From: a virus
DNA length: 64,000 nucleotides
IMG/VR virus record: IMGVR_UViG_3300008107_005910
Coordinates: 12,771-76,770 of that record
Direction: 5' to 3' (one strand)
Position 1 is the stretch's first letter. Every line of letters starts with the position of its first letter. The notes beneath the pieces were generated by a model, which was given only the letters and a program-made list of their open reading frames with translations, was not told the DNA's origin and made no database searches. Made by a program: the position numbers and the translations under genes. Below, in pieces: positions 9,492 through 19,027 of the stretch.

Positions 9492-9917
9492 TTACTTGTA
9501 GTCTGGCAATGGTGTTGCCGTTTGTAGCACTAACTCTTCCGGTAATTCTAACTCTTCTACCACTTCTCCGTATCGGTAGTTAAGTATTTTATTATCGATG
9601 CAACATGTATTATATACTGTTTTATTTGATGTGTCTAGATAGGTCCGTATCTCAATTTGACTTTCATTAAAACGCTTAGTTAATTTTAGCGTGTGCCCAA
9701 TCATCAAATTGATGGTTAAATCATTATATTTTCCATCTTTGATGATTTGCCAAGGGTCGGGCCAAGTATCAACTCGATATGGGTCTAGATGTTTATTTAC
9801 CAAAGGAGCCATAGACCAAAACTTGATTGTATCTTCAATTGGGCTATGGCTCTCTTCTAATTTATTTCTAAATTTTTTCCAAATGGTAAATTGTTTTTCG
9901 TAACTATTTTGAAACAC
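9492..9917 (-). CDS. hypothetical phage protein (DPY...WPDPWQII)
   Basis: Full ORF following the structural gene. Confidence 0.7.
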   Translation of the reverse strand: MFQNSYEKQFTIWKKFRNKLEESHSPIEDTIKFWSMAPLVNKHLDPYRVDTWPDPWQIIKDGKYNDLTINLMIGHTLKLTKRFNESQIEIRTYLDTSNKTVYNTCCIDNKILNYRYGEVVEELELPEELVLQTATPLPDYK

Positions 9918-9927
9918 TTATTTCCTA

Positions 9928-11691
9928 TTATACAAACGCTCGATAGCTGTTAACTATAGTAACCTTATATGTGATTGATGCTTCACCGCCTGGACCTGTA
10001 GGATTAGAATATCTAACAATCAAAGTAGGACGATCCTCAACGCTTTCATCCAATGTTGTTGGATTTATCTTTACTGATGGAAGGTTACTCACTGTTGCAT
10101 AAAATTGTACATTACCACCTATACCATTTCCAATTGTTTCTGTTATACCATAATATACAAAGTCATCATCAAGTGTTGGTTTAATTATTCCACTTGCCAT
10201 GTCTGGGTGTACAGAAATAGTAAGTGTTCCTACTCTATAGAGATCGTTTGACGATTTTCTTATAACATAGTCTATGATTATTTTTGAAGATGACCAAGCA
10301 GGTGTCTTAAGTAAAATTTTTGGAGTTACAACAGGTGTACTATCCAATAATGCCAACGATCTTGAAGGATATGAAACATTGTTTATTCCTAAAACATCTG
10401 GCAAGTAAGCGACTAATCTACTTGGTGAACTAGTTTTGTTTGAATCAATATCAATTATAGAGATATTTCTTTGAAAATAATCACCGTTACTATAACTATT
10501 TGAAATTCCAAAATCTATAACTGGAGTAGTTGGCTGACTTTGTTCAGCACTATTATTTCCTACATCATAAAATTTATTATTCAAACTTCTATGTCCGCTA
10601 CTTGAAGAATTATTGAAAACTTTAAAAGCTTCTGCATCAACTTTATCAAAAGTACAATTTTCTACAACATAGTCCTGTGGACCAAAATTTTGACCAACAG
10701 TGTTAGTACTAGTTTTTGCTAAGGTCAAGCCTCTAAATAAATTAATAAATGAGCACTGATTAAAAGTCAATTTATTTGAATCATAATCACAATAGATAGC
10801 ATGAGCAATTTTTGTAAACTTACAGTCAGTGAAAAGAACATTGTCAGTGGTCACTGCGCCAAGTCCTCTTATTAGGATAGCACTACTAGAGCCAGCAATA
10901 ACAGGACTTATTTCTTCTCCGTCACCATTTTCCCATGTGCCAACAAACTTACATTTGTTAAAATGACTATCTCTTAGACAATCAATAAATGCAATAGGGG
11001 TTTGATTGGATATTGCAGGATCACGTTGTAGTGTTACTCCCTCAACATATACATTGCTAGGAGCATTATCACTATTCATAAATTCAAACTTTTGATATGT
11101 ACCAGGAGTACTTGATGTAGCCACAGTTTGAAATATTGGTTGAGAAGGAGCTATCTGATATATGATTGTGTTATCAGGACCATCACCAATTAAATTAAGA
11201 TTAGATGGCACATAAAGAGCTGAACTAATTTTATAAATGCCTGCTGGAATTCTCAATTTAATATGACTTCTAGCTGAAGTTTTATTAATAGAATTTAGAT
11301 ATAACTGATCTATTGCACGTTGTAATGCGGCAGTGTCGTCAGTACCAATGCCGTTAGAAAAATCGCCTTGAGCACCAAAATCTCTAACACTTGCGATGTC
11401 ATCTAGTTTTTGTTGTAGACTTCTACTATATGGTGCATTACTATCAACACCTGTTTGAAGAACACCATCAGAATAGGTATATGCGCCTAGAAGACCAAAT
11501 ATATTACTGCGTTCAGTAAGTATTTCTGTATTACCAACAAATGGAGAGCCTTCGCTAACGGAACCATTTCCAATATAAAGTTGTTGGGTATCTACAGCCC
11601 AACCAAATTCTCCACCACTTAACTGCGGTAAATTAGTTTGATTCTTTCTGCCCCTACGGACTTGAATTTTTGATATTTGCACAACGGCCAT
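9928..11691 (-). CDS. virion tail/baseplate protein with N-terminal Mtd-like domain and pectate-lyase-3-type beta-helix
   Basis: KIQVRRG...GEFGWAVDTQQLYIGNG; VRDFGAQGD...DDTAALQRAID, IPAGIYKI; repeated xCxFxx beta-helix rungs. Confidence 0.8.
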   Translation of the reverse strand: MAVVQISKIQVRRGRKNQTNLPQLSGGEFGWAVDTQQLYIGNGSVSEGSPFVGNTEILTERSNIFGLLGAYTYSDGVLQTGVDSNAPYSRSLQQKLDDIASVRDFGAQGDFSNGIGTDDTAALQRAIDQLYLNSINKTSARSHIKLRIPAGIYKISSALYVPSNLNLIGDGPDNTIIYQIAPSQPIFQTVATSSTPGTYQKFEFMNSDNAPSNVYVEGVTLQRDPAISNQTPIAFIDCLRDSHFNKCKFVGTWENGDGEEISPVIAGSSSAILIRGLGAVTTDNVLFTDCKFTKIAHAIYCDYDSNKLTFNQCSFINLFRGLTLAKTSTNTVGQNFGPQDYVVENCTFDKVDAEAFKVFNNSSSSGHRSLNNKFYDVGNNSAEQSQPTTPVIDFGISNSYSNGDYFQRNISIIDIDSNKTSSPSRLVAYLPDVLGINNVSYPSRSLALLDSTPVVTPKILLKTPAWSSSKIIIDYVIRKSSNDLYRVGTLTISVHPDMASGIIKPTLDDDFVYYGITETIGNGIGGNVQFYATVSNLPSVKINPTTLDESVEDRPTLIVRYSNPTGPGGEASITYKVTIVNSYRAFV

Positions 11692-11726
11692 AGTAAGATA
11701 TCCTTTAATTAAAGATATTTATCTGC

Positions 11727-12458
11727 TTAGCCTTGATGATAGTTCTTGTAGTAGTCCTCAACTTTATTAAGCCAAAGATCTTCATATCTTGCAAAATCTT
11801 GGGGCAAAAGATCAAATTGTTGATAGGTTTCTCCGCCTATTTTAACAGGATCATCACCTCTACTGCACATGAATACTACACCCCTACGAATGTTAGTTCC
11901 ATATACTTCGTTGTGTGCCAATATATATGCTGTTAATTGTAAAAAATAATCTTCTACCCATTCGCGCTTTTTGGGTTTATTAGTTTGCTTATGATCCATT
12001 ACAGCTGGTTCACCATCGTAAACACCAACTAAGTCTGTAGTTCCAGAATACAACCCTGGAAAATAAAGACTTTGTTCCATAGCCCAAACTTCATTTACTT
12101 TGCTCAAACCATTGTTAATGATTTGATCCGCCATGGCATTTGCTTTAACATGTACTGGATTATTGCCGGGCATACGTTCAACACCAGCTAAAAATCTTTC
12201 AATGTTAGAGTGCATGGCAGTACCAACACCACTAGCTTCTTTAGTTATTTGTTTTGCATTTTCTTCACCAACACGTTTACGCCATTCATTCAAATGCGTC
12301 ATATCCTTGGTAGCTCCAAGAATTGTTGTTACGCTTGGTGTAGTATCTCCGTCTGGAGTTTGATATACTCTTTTTCCATTTAAATTAATTTGAACACAAT
12401 TTTTATACTGTATTCTTTCAATAAAAGGTGGAGGCTGTATTATTGTTATATTATCCAT
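11727..12458 (-). CDS. PD-(D/E)XK exonuclease (T4-like phage family)
   Basis: PSVTTIL, GTAMH, E...YSGTTDLVG, DHKQT, QLTAY. Confidence 0.88.
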   Translation of the reverse strand: MDNITIIQPPPFIERIQYKNCVQINLNGKRVYQTPDGDTTPSVTTILGATKDMTHLNEWRKRVGEENAKQITKEASGVGTAMHSNIERFLAGVERMPGNNPVHVKANAMADQIINNGLSKVNEVWAMEQSLYFPGLYSGTTDLVGVYDGEPAVMDHKQTNKPKKREWVEDYFLQLTAYILAHNEVYGTNIRRGVVFMCSRGDDPVKIGGETYQQFDLLPQDFARYEDLWLNKVEDYYKNYHQG

Positions 12459-12464
12459 ATAACC

Positions 12465-12493
12465 ATTATAAATGATTTAGGTTAATTTGTCAA
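12465..12493 (-). promoter_or_regulatory. consensus sigma70 promoter TTGACA-17-TATAAT
   Basis: Perfect consensus; -10 ends 6 nt before ATG 12458. Confidence 0.85.
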
Positions 12494-12859
12494 GCCAGCT
12501 TGAGCGGCTGAGCTTGCGGCTTGTTGTGTTGTTTTGGATATACCTTGATCAGTCTTTTCAAGGTCTGGTTGGTCTGGTAAAGTTTCTTTTGGAGGTTCTT
12601 TACTGGTGTTTAGAGTAACACTACTACCATCATAATTTCTAATTAGCTGCCTTAGAGCTGGACTTTTTTCAACTGCCTGATCAATGATGTTACGATTCAC
12701 AGAACCGTAACTACCAGATCTTTGTAATAATTGACTTAGTGCTTCATAACTGATTTTTGCTACACTATCTTCTTTGTCGTACTTGTTTAAAGATAGTTGT
12801 AGCAAATTTTCTAAATCACCAATGAAGTCTTCGCCTTGATCAAATTCACGTAATAGCAT
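12482..12859 (-). CDS. hypothetical (putative virion/prohead) protein
   Basis: ORF with MLLREF start, in a late-gene block. Confidence 0.65.
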   Translation of the reverse strand: MLLREFDQGEDFIGDLENLLQLSLNKYDKEDSVAKISYEALSQLLQRSGSYGSVNRNIIDQAVEKSPALRQLIRNYDGSSVTLNTSKEPPKETLPDQPDLEKTDQGISKTTQQAASSAAQAGLTN

Positions 12860-13611
12860 TAGCGAGACAATTTAAACATTAAACTATTGCCTTCTGTGAT
12901 AGATGGCATACGGAACTGACGGCTTTCACGCTTTTCACGGCCAGCAACTTCATCACCACCTGCGGCTGCATCACTTGCTCCAAATTCATCAGCACCAACG
13001 TCTGCTTCTAAATCATTTGCAAATTCGTCACCTGTAGGTTCTGCCATATCTGCGGCAGGCTCTGCACCAATTGTTTCTGGATTACCTTCACCAGTTAAAA
13101 CATTAACACCTGCTTCAACGGCTGAACGTGTAGTTTGTAAATGATCCATTGCGGCCTGTAGTGCAGGAGTAACAATAGCGCCAAACTCCTCAGCGGCTTG
13201 ATCACCTAATGTATCTTTAATATCATCAGCAAGTGCAACCATTGTTTTAGTCATCATAGAACCAACATCTTCTAACATGTTCTTGATTTTGTTCTGCATG
13301 TCAATTGCGGCTTGCACCACACCTGCTTGCTTTGGATCAACTGCTTCAGCAATAGCAGATGCACGTTCTTCTAAATGTTGATTGATAACATCTAAAATCA
13401 TTCGATCACGATTGTAGTTTTCGTTTTCAACGTTTTCGTTGAAACGTCCTGTACTTTCCTGCTGACTTAGTTTAGTACGAATCTTGTTACGGAAATCCTC
13501 TAACTGCTCAGTAGTGTATTTGTCCAAATTGATCTTGGATCCATATCTTTTAGTGAAGCTTTCGCTTAAAAACTTAGCTGTCACTGGCTTGTTAAAATCT
13601 GTAGTTTTCAT
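12859..13611 (-). CDS. putative prohead core/scaffold-like acidic protein
   Basis: Coiled-coil helices, acidic Ala/Asp/Glu-rich tail, L/I-x-E sites; TAAATA upstream. Confidence 0.5.
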   Translation of the reverse strand: MKTTDFNKPVTAKFLSESFTKRYGSKINLDKYTTEQLEDFRNKIRTKLSQQESTGRFNENVENENYNRDRMILDVINQHLEERASAIAEAVDPKQAGVVQAAIDMQNKIKNMLEDVGSMMTKTMVALADDIKDTLGDQAAEEFGAIVTPALQAAMDHLQTTRSAVEAGVNVLTGEGNPETIGAEPAADMAEPTGDEFANDLEADVGADEFGASDAAAGGDEVAGREKRESRQFRMPSITEGNSLMFKLSR

Positions 13612-13629
13612 AGGGGTGTCCTAAATTTA

Positions 13630-14124
13630 TTATGAGTATTTATTAGATTTCTCAATGCTTCTTAGGGAGTTGAGTAACCTTGAATACGAAATGTTCAAAG
13701 AATCCATGTGGTTTTTATGTTTAAGTCTAGATTCTGTTAGTCTTATGTGATAGTGCTGTATACCAAACAAGTCTTTCTTTTTCAAAGAACTAGTAAAACG
13801 CTGTTCAAACAATGTTTTATCAAAGTCTGCAACGCCTGCATATCTGTCATCAGATAGCCATTCGTTCTTAACAGTTCTTCCAGAAGCCAGTGCATTAGCT
13901 ATAAGCACGGCTGTTTGCAAATAATACAAATTAGAGTATACTTTTTCCTCAAACTTATTATACACTGTATAACCAGTATTTTCAAGTACAATTTCGTAAT
14001 TCTCTAATTTAATTCCACGATCAGTTTTCATTGGAACAATGATTCCTTGAGAACGTAGGTTTTCTTTAACTTTATTTTTTAAAGTTTGAAGTTTTTGTAT
14101 TAGAGCACGTTCTTCTTTAATCAT
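13630..14124 (-). CDS. hypothetical protein
   Basis: ORF in packed operon. Confidence 0.65.
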   Translation of the reverse strand: MIKEERALIQKLQTLKNKVKENLRSQGIIVPMKTDRGIKLENYEIVLENTGYTVYNKFEEKVYSNLYYLQTAVLIANALASGRTVKNEWLSDDRYAGVADFDKTLFEQRFTSSLKKKDLFGIQHYHIRLTESRLKHKNHMDSLNISYSRLLNSLRSIEKSNKYS

Positions 14125-14408
14125 TGCTGTTTCTTTGCTTGTTCGTATTGTTGTACTGCTAGAGCTGCCTGAGCTTGTTGCTCTTCAGCATCATCCATTG
14201 CAACGGCTGTTTGTGCTGCCTGCTGACTTGCCCCTGCTACGGCCTGTGCTATTTGAGGAAGAGCCATAGCAATGGCTGTTCCTGGATCTGGTGGCGGAGC
14301 AACTCCTGGAACCAACGGCAAAGCCTTTTTAATCTTAGTTCCAATAGGCCTGTCCGCTAAACGATTAGCATGTACTAGTTTTTCTGATATTATTTCGTGC
14401 CAACGCAT
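14121..14408 (-). CDS. putative internal head protein (MRWHEIISE N-terminus; Ala/Gln-rich)
   Basis: N-terminal motif shared with several other ORFs in the window. Confidence 0.55.
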   Translation of the reverse strand: MRWHEIISEKLVHANRLADRPIGTKIKKALPLVPGVAPPPDPGTAIAMALPQIAQAVAGASQQAAQTAVAMDDAEEQQAQAALAVQQYEQAKKQQ

Positions 14409-14410
14409 AT

Positions 14411-14641
14411 TTAAAACTTCATTAAAATTACGATAATAGTACTTATGACACCAGCAACAACTGTACCTGCTGTGCCAATCATAACTTTAGTCATGCTATG
14501 CTGGCTATCCTGTATAGTTTGAGCTAAACTGCTTACCTTGGTTTCGATACTACTTAGACGCTTTTCTAGCGAATCGTATCGAGATGCACATAATTCTACA
14601 TGCAACTCTAAATTATCCTTCTCCAGCTCTTTTGTAGACAT
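14411..14641 (-). CDS. coiled-coil protein with C-terminal transmembrane helix
   Basis: LELHVELCASRY..LEKRL; hydrophobic C-terminus. Confidence 0.7.
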   Translation of the reverse strand: MSTKELEKDNLELHVELCASRYDSLEKRLSSIETKVSSLAQTIQDSQHSMTKVMIGTAGTVVAGVISTIIVILMKF

Positions 14642-14668
14642 CGACGCTCTCCAAATTATTAGTATTAT

Positions 14669-15034
14669 TTATTTGACAATGCTCACAAAAGTATTGGGGT
14701 GATTGCCTTTTGTTGTAATAATTGCCTGTTTTTGCTGTTTTACTTCATCTAAACCAGTCAAAATAGGCACTTGATGCAGGTCTTCTTTGAGTAATCCCAA
14801 AGGATCAACATCTGTAGCATACACAGCATCTCTATCTGTTTCCACCACCATGGTCCAACGATCTTTATCAAATTTTGGGGGATCTACTATTGTAAAGTTT
14901 GATCTCAGTCCTAAGACTTGATGAAACGTCATGTAATTTTTAAATTGATTAAACTGTTTTTCTGTACCGTGCTCTTGACGTTTTACACCTGTATCAGTTA
15001 TGTCAATTGTCGTGCTAATCTGAATTCTTTCCAT
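14669..15034 (-). CDS. hypothetical virion-associated protein
   Basis: TTIDITDTG...VPILTGLDE; TAAATA 5 nt upstream. Confidence 0.65.
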   Translation of the reverse strand: MERIQISTTIDITDTGVKRQEHGTEKQFNQFKNYMTFHQVLGLRSNFTIVDPPKFDKDRWTMVVETDRDAVYATDVDPLGLLKEDLHQVPILTGLDEVKQQKQAIITTKGNHPNTFVSIVK

Positions 15035-15052
15035 GTGTATATTTAACGGCCA

Positions 15053-15085
15053 AAAAGAAAGGGCCCTTATAAAAAGAGCCCTTCT
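15053..15085 (-). terminator. rho-independent terminator
   Basis: Minus strand AAGGGCTCTT...AAGGGCCCTT hairpin followed by TCTTTTT. Confidence 0.65.
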
Positions 15086-15102
15086 ATTAGCTTACGTTAA
15101 AA

Positions 15103-15426
15103 TTAAGCTGGGTTCTGATCAAAATCAGCTACTAGTGCCATTGTTGTATTAGCTTGACCGCGATATGTAGCACCTGGTGTTAATACACCAGTACCTTGTA
15201 CAGCGACATAAACTGTGTCAGTTACACCAGCTTCAAAAGCTGTGATACCTGCTACTGTCACTGCGTCATCTACTCCTTTTGTGCCACCTGCTGTTAACAA
15301 TTGAATCATTTCGTTCAATTCAGCTTGTGTCATATCTGTGTTTGCTAAACTAATGATGCGAGTACGTGGGCCTAGACCGTTACCTGCTTTAACTGCGTAA
15401 TTAACTGCTGTAATTCCTGCTGACAT
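15103..15426 (-). CDS. putative small structural protein (start MSAGITAV)
   Basis: TAAGGAG SD before ATG 15426; Ala/Gly/Thr-rich; own promoter and terminator. Confidence 0.7.
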   Translation of the reverse strand: MSAGITAVNYAVKAGNGLGPRTRIISLANTDMTQAELNEMIQLLTAGGTKGVDDAVTVAGITAFEAGVTDTVYVAVQGTGVLTPGATYRGQANTTMALVADFDQNPA

Positions 15427-15517
15427 AATTTTTCTCCTTAATCGTATGTCACATACCACGCTCCGTGGTTTGTTACTATTATTTATAAAGCTAAGGAAAA
15501 ATCAGGGGAAATAGGGA

Positions 15518-15817
15518 TTATTTGGGATCTTTTGCATTGCCCTCAATAATTTTGAGAGTTCTAGCGGTTTCTTTACTGTCGCGAATTTTACGTATACCAC
15601 GTGTGAACTTGCTGGGGTCAGCACTGCGTATACTATTAATAAAACGCTTTTCTAATTCAAATGCAGTTTCAGGATCAAACTGCTCTTTAATTAGAGATAT
15701 TAAATTTACTGCTGAGTCAATTATATGGTTTGCACGACTCTCAATGACACTTTCTGTATGTTTCTTAGCGGCAAACTCATTTAATTCTTCTAGCAGACTC
15801 TTCGTCGAACGTTTCAT
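15518..15817 (-). CDS. conserved phage protein (KSLLEEL...RFINSIRSADPSKFTRG)
   Basis: ORF with TAAATA upstream. Confidence 0.7.
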   Translation of the reverse strand: MKRSTKSLLEELNEFAAKKHTESVIESRANHIIDSAVNLISLIKEQFDPETAFELEKRFINSIRSADPSKFTRGIRKIRDSKETARTLKIIEGNAKDPK

Positions 15818-15978
15818 TAATTATTTCCCTTTAAAATATTTAACCGTTTTTGTAGTATAGCAGTTTTTTTGTAAGAAATCTAGCCAGTACCTTATTGTGC
15901 GATGCCACATGTACTTTACTAAATACTCAGTAGAAACACTGAGTTACTACACACATTATATACACACGGAGAATAATA

Positions 15979-16158
15979 ATGAAAACAGTATCACAAAAGA
16001 TGCTAGTCATCTTAGAACGTTTGGCAGAAATGTTTCCAGACAGCTCATATCAATCACGCTTGGATTATTATCTAAGTACTAAAGGCATTACCGATGCCGC
16101 ACAACTCGAAAAATACATCAACGAGTTTAACTATTCTCACAAGGAACAATATCTATGA
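15979..16158 (+). CDS. 59-aa protein missed by the ORF track, DUF3563-like
   Basis: MKTVSQKMLVILERLAEMFPDSSYQSRLDYYLSTKGITDAAQLEKYINEFNYSHKEQYL; GGAG SD upstream. Confidence 0.7.
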   Translation: MKTVSQKMLVILERLAEMFPDSSYQSRLDYYLSTKGITDAAQLEKYINEFNYSHKEQYL

Positions 16159-16274
16159 AAATGATCATTAATTATATTTGGTCCGTAATGGATTCATTTG
16201 GTCGAGCTCGTGCCGCTAGTTACTTTGCTCGTATTGGCGATTACGAATCAGCTAGACGTGTAATGGCCGAATAA
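16155..16274 (+). CDS. 39-aa small protein missed by the ORF track
   Basis: ATGA-coupled; MKMIINYIWSVMDSFGRARAASYFARIGDYESARRVMAE. Confidence 0.6.
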   Translation: MKMIINYIWSVMDSFGRARAASYFARIGDYESARRVMAE

Positions 16275-16293
16275 GTTTTAAAGTAAATAAGCC

Positions 16294-16869
16294 ATGCAGT
16301 TGGTTTATATACATGGTGCTAATGCTACCAGTGAAAGTTTTAATTACATCAAAAGTAAGTTGGGCTCTGGCATCAATATAGATTATGACAGTCGAAATGG
16401 ATTTGAAAATAATCTAAATGATATGATTAAACAGCTATCTGGTGTCAAGGACATAGCATTTGTAGCACACAGTTTGGGCGGTATCTATAGTTTACACATT
16501 GCCAATACTTTGCCAAAACAAGTATTGGGTGCAGTAACATTAAGCACTCCTTACGGTGGGGCTGAAGTAGCTGATTATGCTCAATACTTTTTACCGTTTA
16601 GTAGATTGATGCGTGATATTGGTCCCAGCAGTTGGGCTATGAAACAGGCTAATAAAATTAAAATACAACATCCATGGACTAATATTGTTACCGTAAAGGG
16701 GCAGAGTCCATTTATGTTGGCGCATAACGACGGTGTTGTAACCATTGCCAGTCAAAAATATCATGAAGATATGGAATTAGTAGAAGTAGGGTATAATCAC
16801 TACGAAGTAGTTCTTAGTGATGAAGTGGTAGAGATTATTAAGGAACGAGTAAAAAAGTTCAAGAAATAA
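16294..16869 (+). CDS. alpha/beta hydrolase (esterase/lipase family)
   Basis: YIHGA oxyanion, AHSLGG nucleophile, STPYGG, NDGVV, NHY. Confidence 0.9.
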   Translation: MQLVYIHGANATSESFNYIKSKLGSGINIDYDSRNGFENNLNDMIKQLSGVKDIAFVAHSLGGIYSLHIANTLPKQVLGAVTLSTPYGGAEVADYAQYFLPFSRLMRDIGPSSWAMKQANKIKIQHPWTNIVTVKGQSPFMLAHNDGVVTIASQKYHEDMELVEVGYNHYEVVLSDEVVEIIKERVKKFKK

Positions 16870-16870
16870 G

Positions 16871-16899
16871 TTGCTTTTAAGTAACTAGGCATATATAAT
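16871..16899 (+). promoter_or_regulatory. sigma70-like promoter TTGCTT-17-TATAAT
   Basis: Read directly, upstream of 16923. Confidence 0.65.
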
Positions 16900-16922
16900 A
16901 GTACACATACACGGGAGACACT

Positions 16923-17129
16923 ATGTTTATCACACCAGAACAAGTAATCAAAACAATTCAAGACGCCAAGCGCACCGCTGTCAACACAGTTGTGTTTAAC
17001 GACACTGTCAAACAAAGCCTACATGCTTATATTGACGCACAAGAACAATACGCCAAAGAAATAACAAAATTATCTTTTGACATTACTACTGCGATGTTGA
17101 AAGTTCCGTTTGCATTTGCAAACAAATAA
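16923..17129 (+). CDS. phasin-like small helical protein
   Basis: Amphipathic helices IKTIQDAKRTAVNTVV...YIDAQEQYAK; GGGAG SD. Confidence 0.5.
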   Translation: MFITPEQVIKTIQDAKRTAVNTVVFNDTVKQSLHAYIDAQEQYAKEITKLSFDITTAMLKVPFAFANK

Positions 17130-17163
17130 GCAGTAAAGACATACACACATAAAGGAGAAAAAT

Positions 17164-17430
17164 ATGTCAGATTTTACACCAAAACTACCAGAAGTTAAAT
17201 TTAACAAGAACGGTTATGAAATCCGTACAGACATCCTAAAGATGGCTAAGGATCTAATCAGCGATGACTTCCATGTCAAATTTTCAGGTTGGGAAATGAC
17301 TGCGAAACGTGACGAGAAGACTGGTCAGATTGTAACCACAGTTGGCATGCCAGAGCATCCAGGCCTTGAAAAAGTTCTTGAGACTGCTGAAAAAATGTAC
17401 GCATTTGTTAACAGCGGCGCAAAGAAATAA
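17164..17430 (+). CDS. conserved phage protein (NGYEIRTDILKMAKD...AEKMYAFV)
   Basis: AAGGAG SD; complete ORF followed by a terminator. Confidence 0.75.
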   Translation: MSDFTPKLPEVKFNKNGYEIRTDILKMAKDLISDDFHVKFSGWEMTAKRDEKTGQIVTTVGMPEHPGLEKVLETAEKMYAFVNSGAKK

Positions 17431-17476
17431 TTAAAAACTAGCATAGCTATCAAGTAGGTTGATACTATAAAAACAC

Positions 17477-17501
17477 AAAAGCCACCCTAGGGTGGCTTTT
17501 T
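17477..17501. terminator. bidirectional rho-independent terminator
   Basis: AAAAGCCACCCTAGGGTGGCTTTTT perfect palindrome between convergent genes. Confidence 0.85.
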
Positions 17502-17519
17502 GTTTGAATACTAAATTAA

Positions 17520-18236
17520 TTATTGGTTGTCAAGTGTAACTGTAGTATTCAATACGGCTGATCCAAATGTCCACTTAGCAGTTGCGCCACTAGCGAACTG
17601 TGCGCCAGCAGAACTGGTACCACCCCAAACGTTTGCGGCTGGAACCAATGTACACTTACGATTACTAATCTTTGTAACAAAATATGTACCGCCTGCGCTG
17701 TCAGTTGCTCTAATGCTCATTTGTCCATCAGCTAGATTTTCAGTAGCAACAAGTTTTAAAATTGCTGTGCCATCTGCTGTCTGTACTTTGAAACGACGTG
17801 AGCCTACTTGCTTAATAACATCTCCAGCTGTGTTATCACTACCGCCAGGAATTTGTGCTTCACACATCAACCCATTTTGACGAGCAGTACCACTAGATGT
17901 TAAAGTAGCAACAGGGGTAGCACTTCCAGATCCTCCTGCAACACTACCGTTGAAAGTAATAGTTGGAGCACTTGTGTAACCAGAACCTGCTGATACAACT
18001 TCCACTGTATAAGCAGTTGCGCCAGTAACTATAACTCTTAGTACTGGTTTAGCTCCGCCTGCAACGTTAGGAGCACCAATTTGTGCCGCTGGAATTGGAT
18101 ATGTACCGTTTACTAGATCAGCCAATGTGCCAGCTGGAGCTGTTACGCTGGCGATGCTTTCTCCGCCTACGTTTGCTGTGCCAAAATCTTGATAGTTAGT
18201 ATTGGCAAAATATTTTTTGTTTAATGGACGTCCCAT
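17520..18236 (-). CDS. putative virion structural protein
   Basis: MGRPLNKKYF; Gly/Ala/Thr-rich; GSGYTSAPTITF; TAAGGAG SD. Confidence 0.7.
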   Translation of the reverse strand: MGRPLNKKYFANTNYQDFGTANVGGESIASVTAPAGTLADLVNGTYPIPAAQIGAPNVAGGAKPVLRVIVTGATAYTVEVVSAGSGYTSAPTITFNGSVAGGSGSATPVATLTSSGTARQNGLMCEAQIPGGSDNTAGDVIKQVGSRRFKVQTADGTAILKLVATENLADGQMSIRATDSAGGTYFVTKISNRKCTLVPAANVWGGTSSAGAQFASGATAKWTFGSAVLNTTVTLDNQ

Positions 18237-18317
18237 TTGTTTTCTCCTTATGTTGACGTTCTAGGTCATACGCTGTGGGTACAGCATAAACTTGCCCTAT
18301 GCAAGCTGACTGTATAT

Positions 18318-19019
18318 TTACCTAACTTTGGCTAATTTTAAAAAGGATAATATGCGTATATAAATCCAACCTATATCTAGCTCAAACCAACGTTGTTTGA
18401 ACTTGGCATTGGCACCATCTGCGTGATGATTATTATGTAGTTCTTCTCCGCCAATCCAAATAGCCCAAGGTATTAAATTGCGACTAGTATCTTTAGTATC
18501 AGTGTTACGATACCCAACCCAGTGTGCTAGACCGTTAATAACGCCTGCGGCCCAAAATGGAATCCATAACATCTGAATACCCCAAATGACTAGTCCCCAC
18601 CCACCAAAAAGAACAAGGTTTATAACCAAAAGTATCATTATGCCTAAACGACTATGTGGGGTATATATGGCTTTTTCAATCCAATCATTTGGGGTTCCAA
18701 CTCCTAGCTTTTCCACCATCTCTACATCTTTACTGGCTTTGTGATACAATCCTGCGCCACCAAATAATACACGCCAAATACCGTATACTTGTGGACTATG
18801 TGGATCTAATTCAGTATCACTGGCTTGATGATGTTTTCGGTGAATAGCAACCCATTGCTTAGTAACCATACCTGTTGTTAGCCATAACCAAAAACGCATG
18901 AAATGGTTAACTGCTGGATGGAATGTTACTGCTTTGTGTGTTTGTCCTCTATGCAAATATAGGGTAACACACGCTATAGTGATTTGTACCATCACCAAGG
19001 TATAGATAATTTCTAACAT
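18318..19019 (-). CDS. membrane fatty acid (delta-9-type) desaturase
   Basis: His boxes HRGQTH, HRKHH, HNNHH; transmembrane segments. Confidence 0.93.
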   Translation of the reverse strand: MLEIIYTLVMVQITIACVTLYLHRGQTHKAVTFHPAVNHFMRFWLWLTTGMVTKQWVAIHRKHHQASDTELDPHSPQVYGIWRVLFGGAGLYHKASKDVEMVEKLGVGTPNDWIEKAIYTPHSRLGIMILLVINLVLFGGWGLVIWGIQMLWIPFWAAGVINGLAHWVGYRNTDTKDTSRNLIPWAIWIGGEELHNNHHADGANAKFKQRWFELDIGWIYIRILSFLKLAKVR

Positions 19020-19027
19020 AGAAGTAT

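Noticed and set aside
11727-12458. Cas4/CRISPR association of the exonuclease
   Set aside because: No Fe-S cysteine set, no array and no other cas genes; it fits a standalone phage PD-(D/E)XK nuclease.
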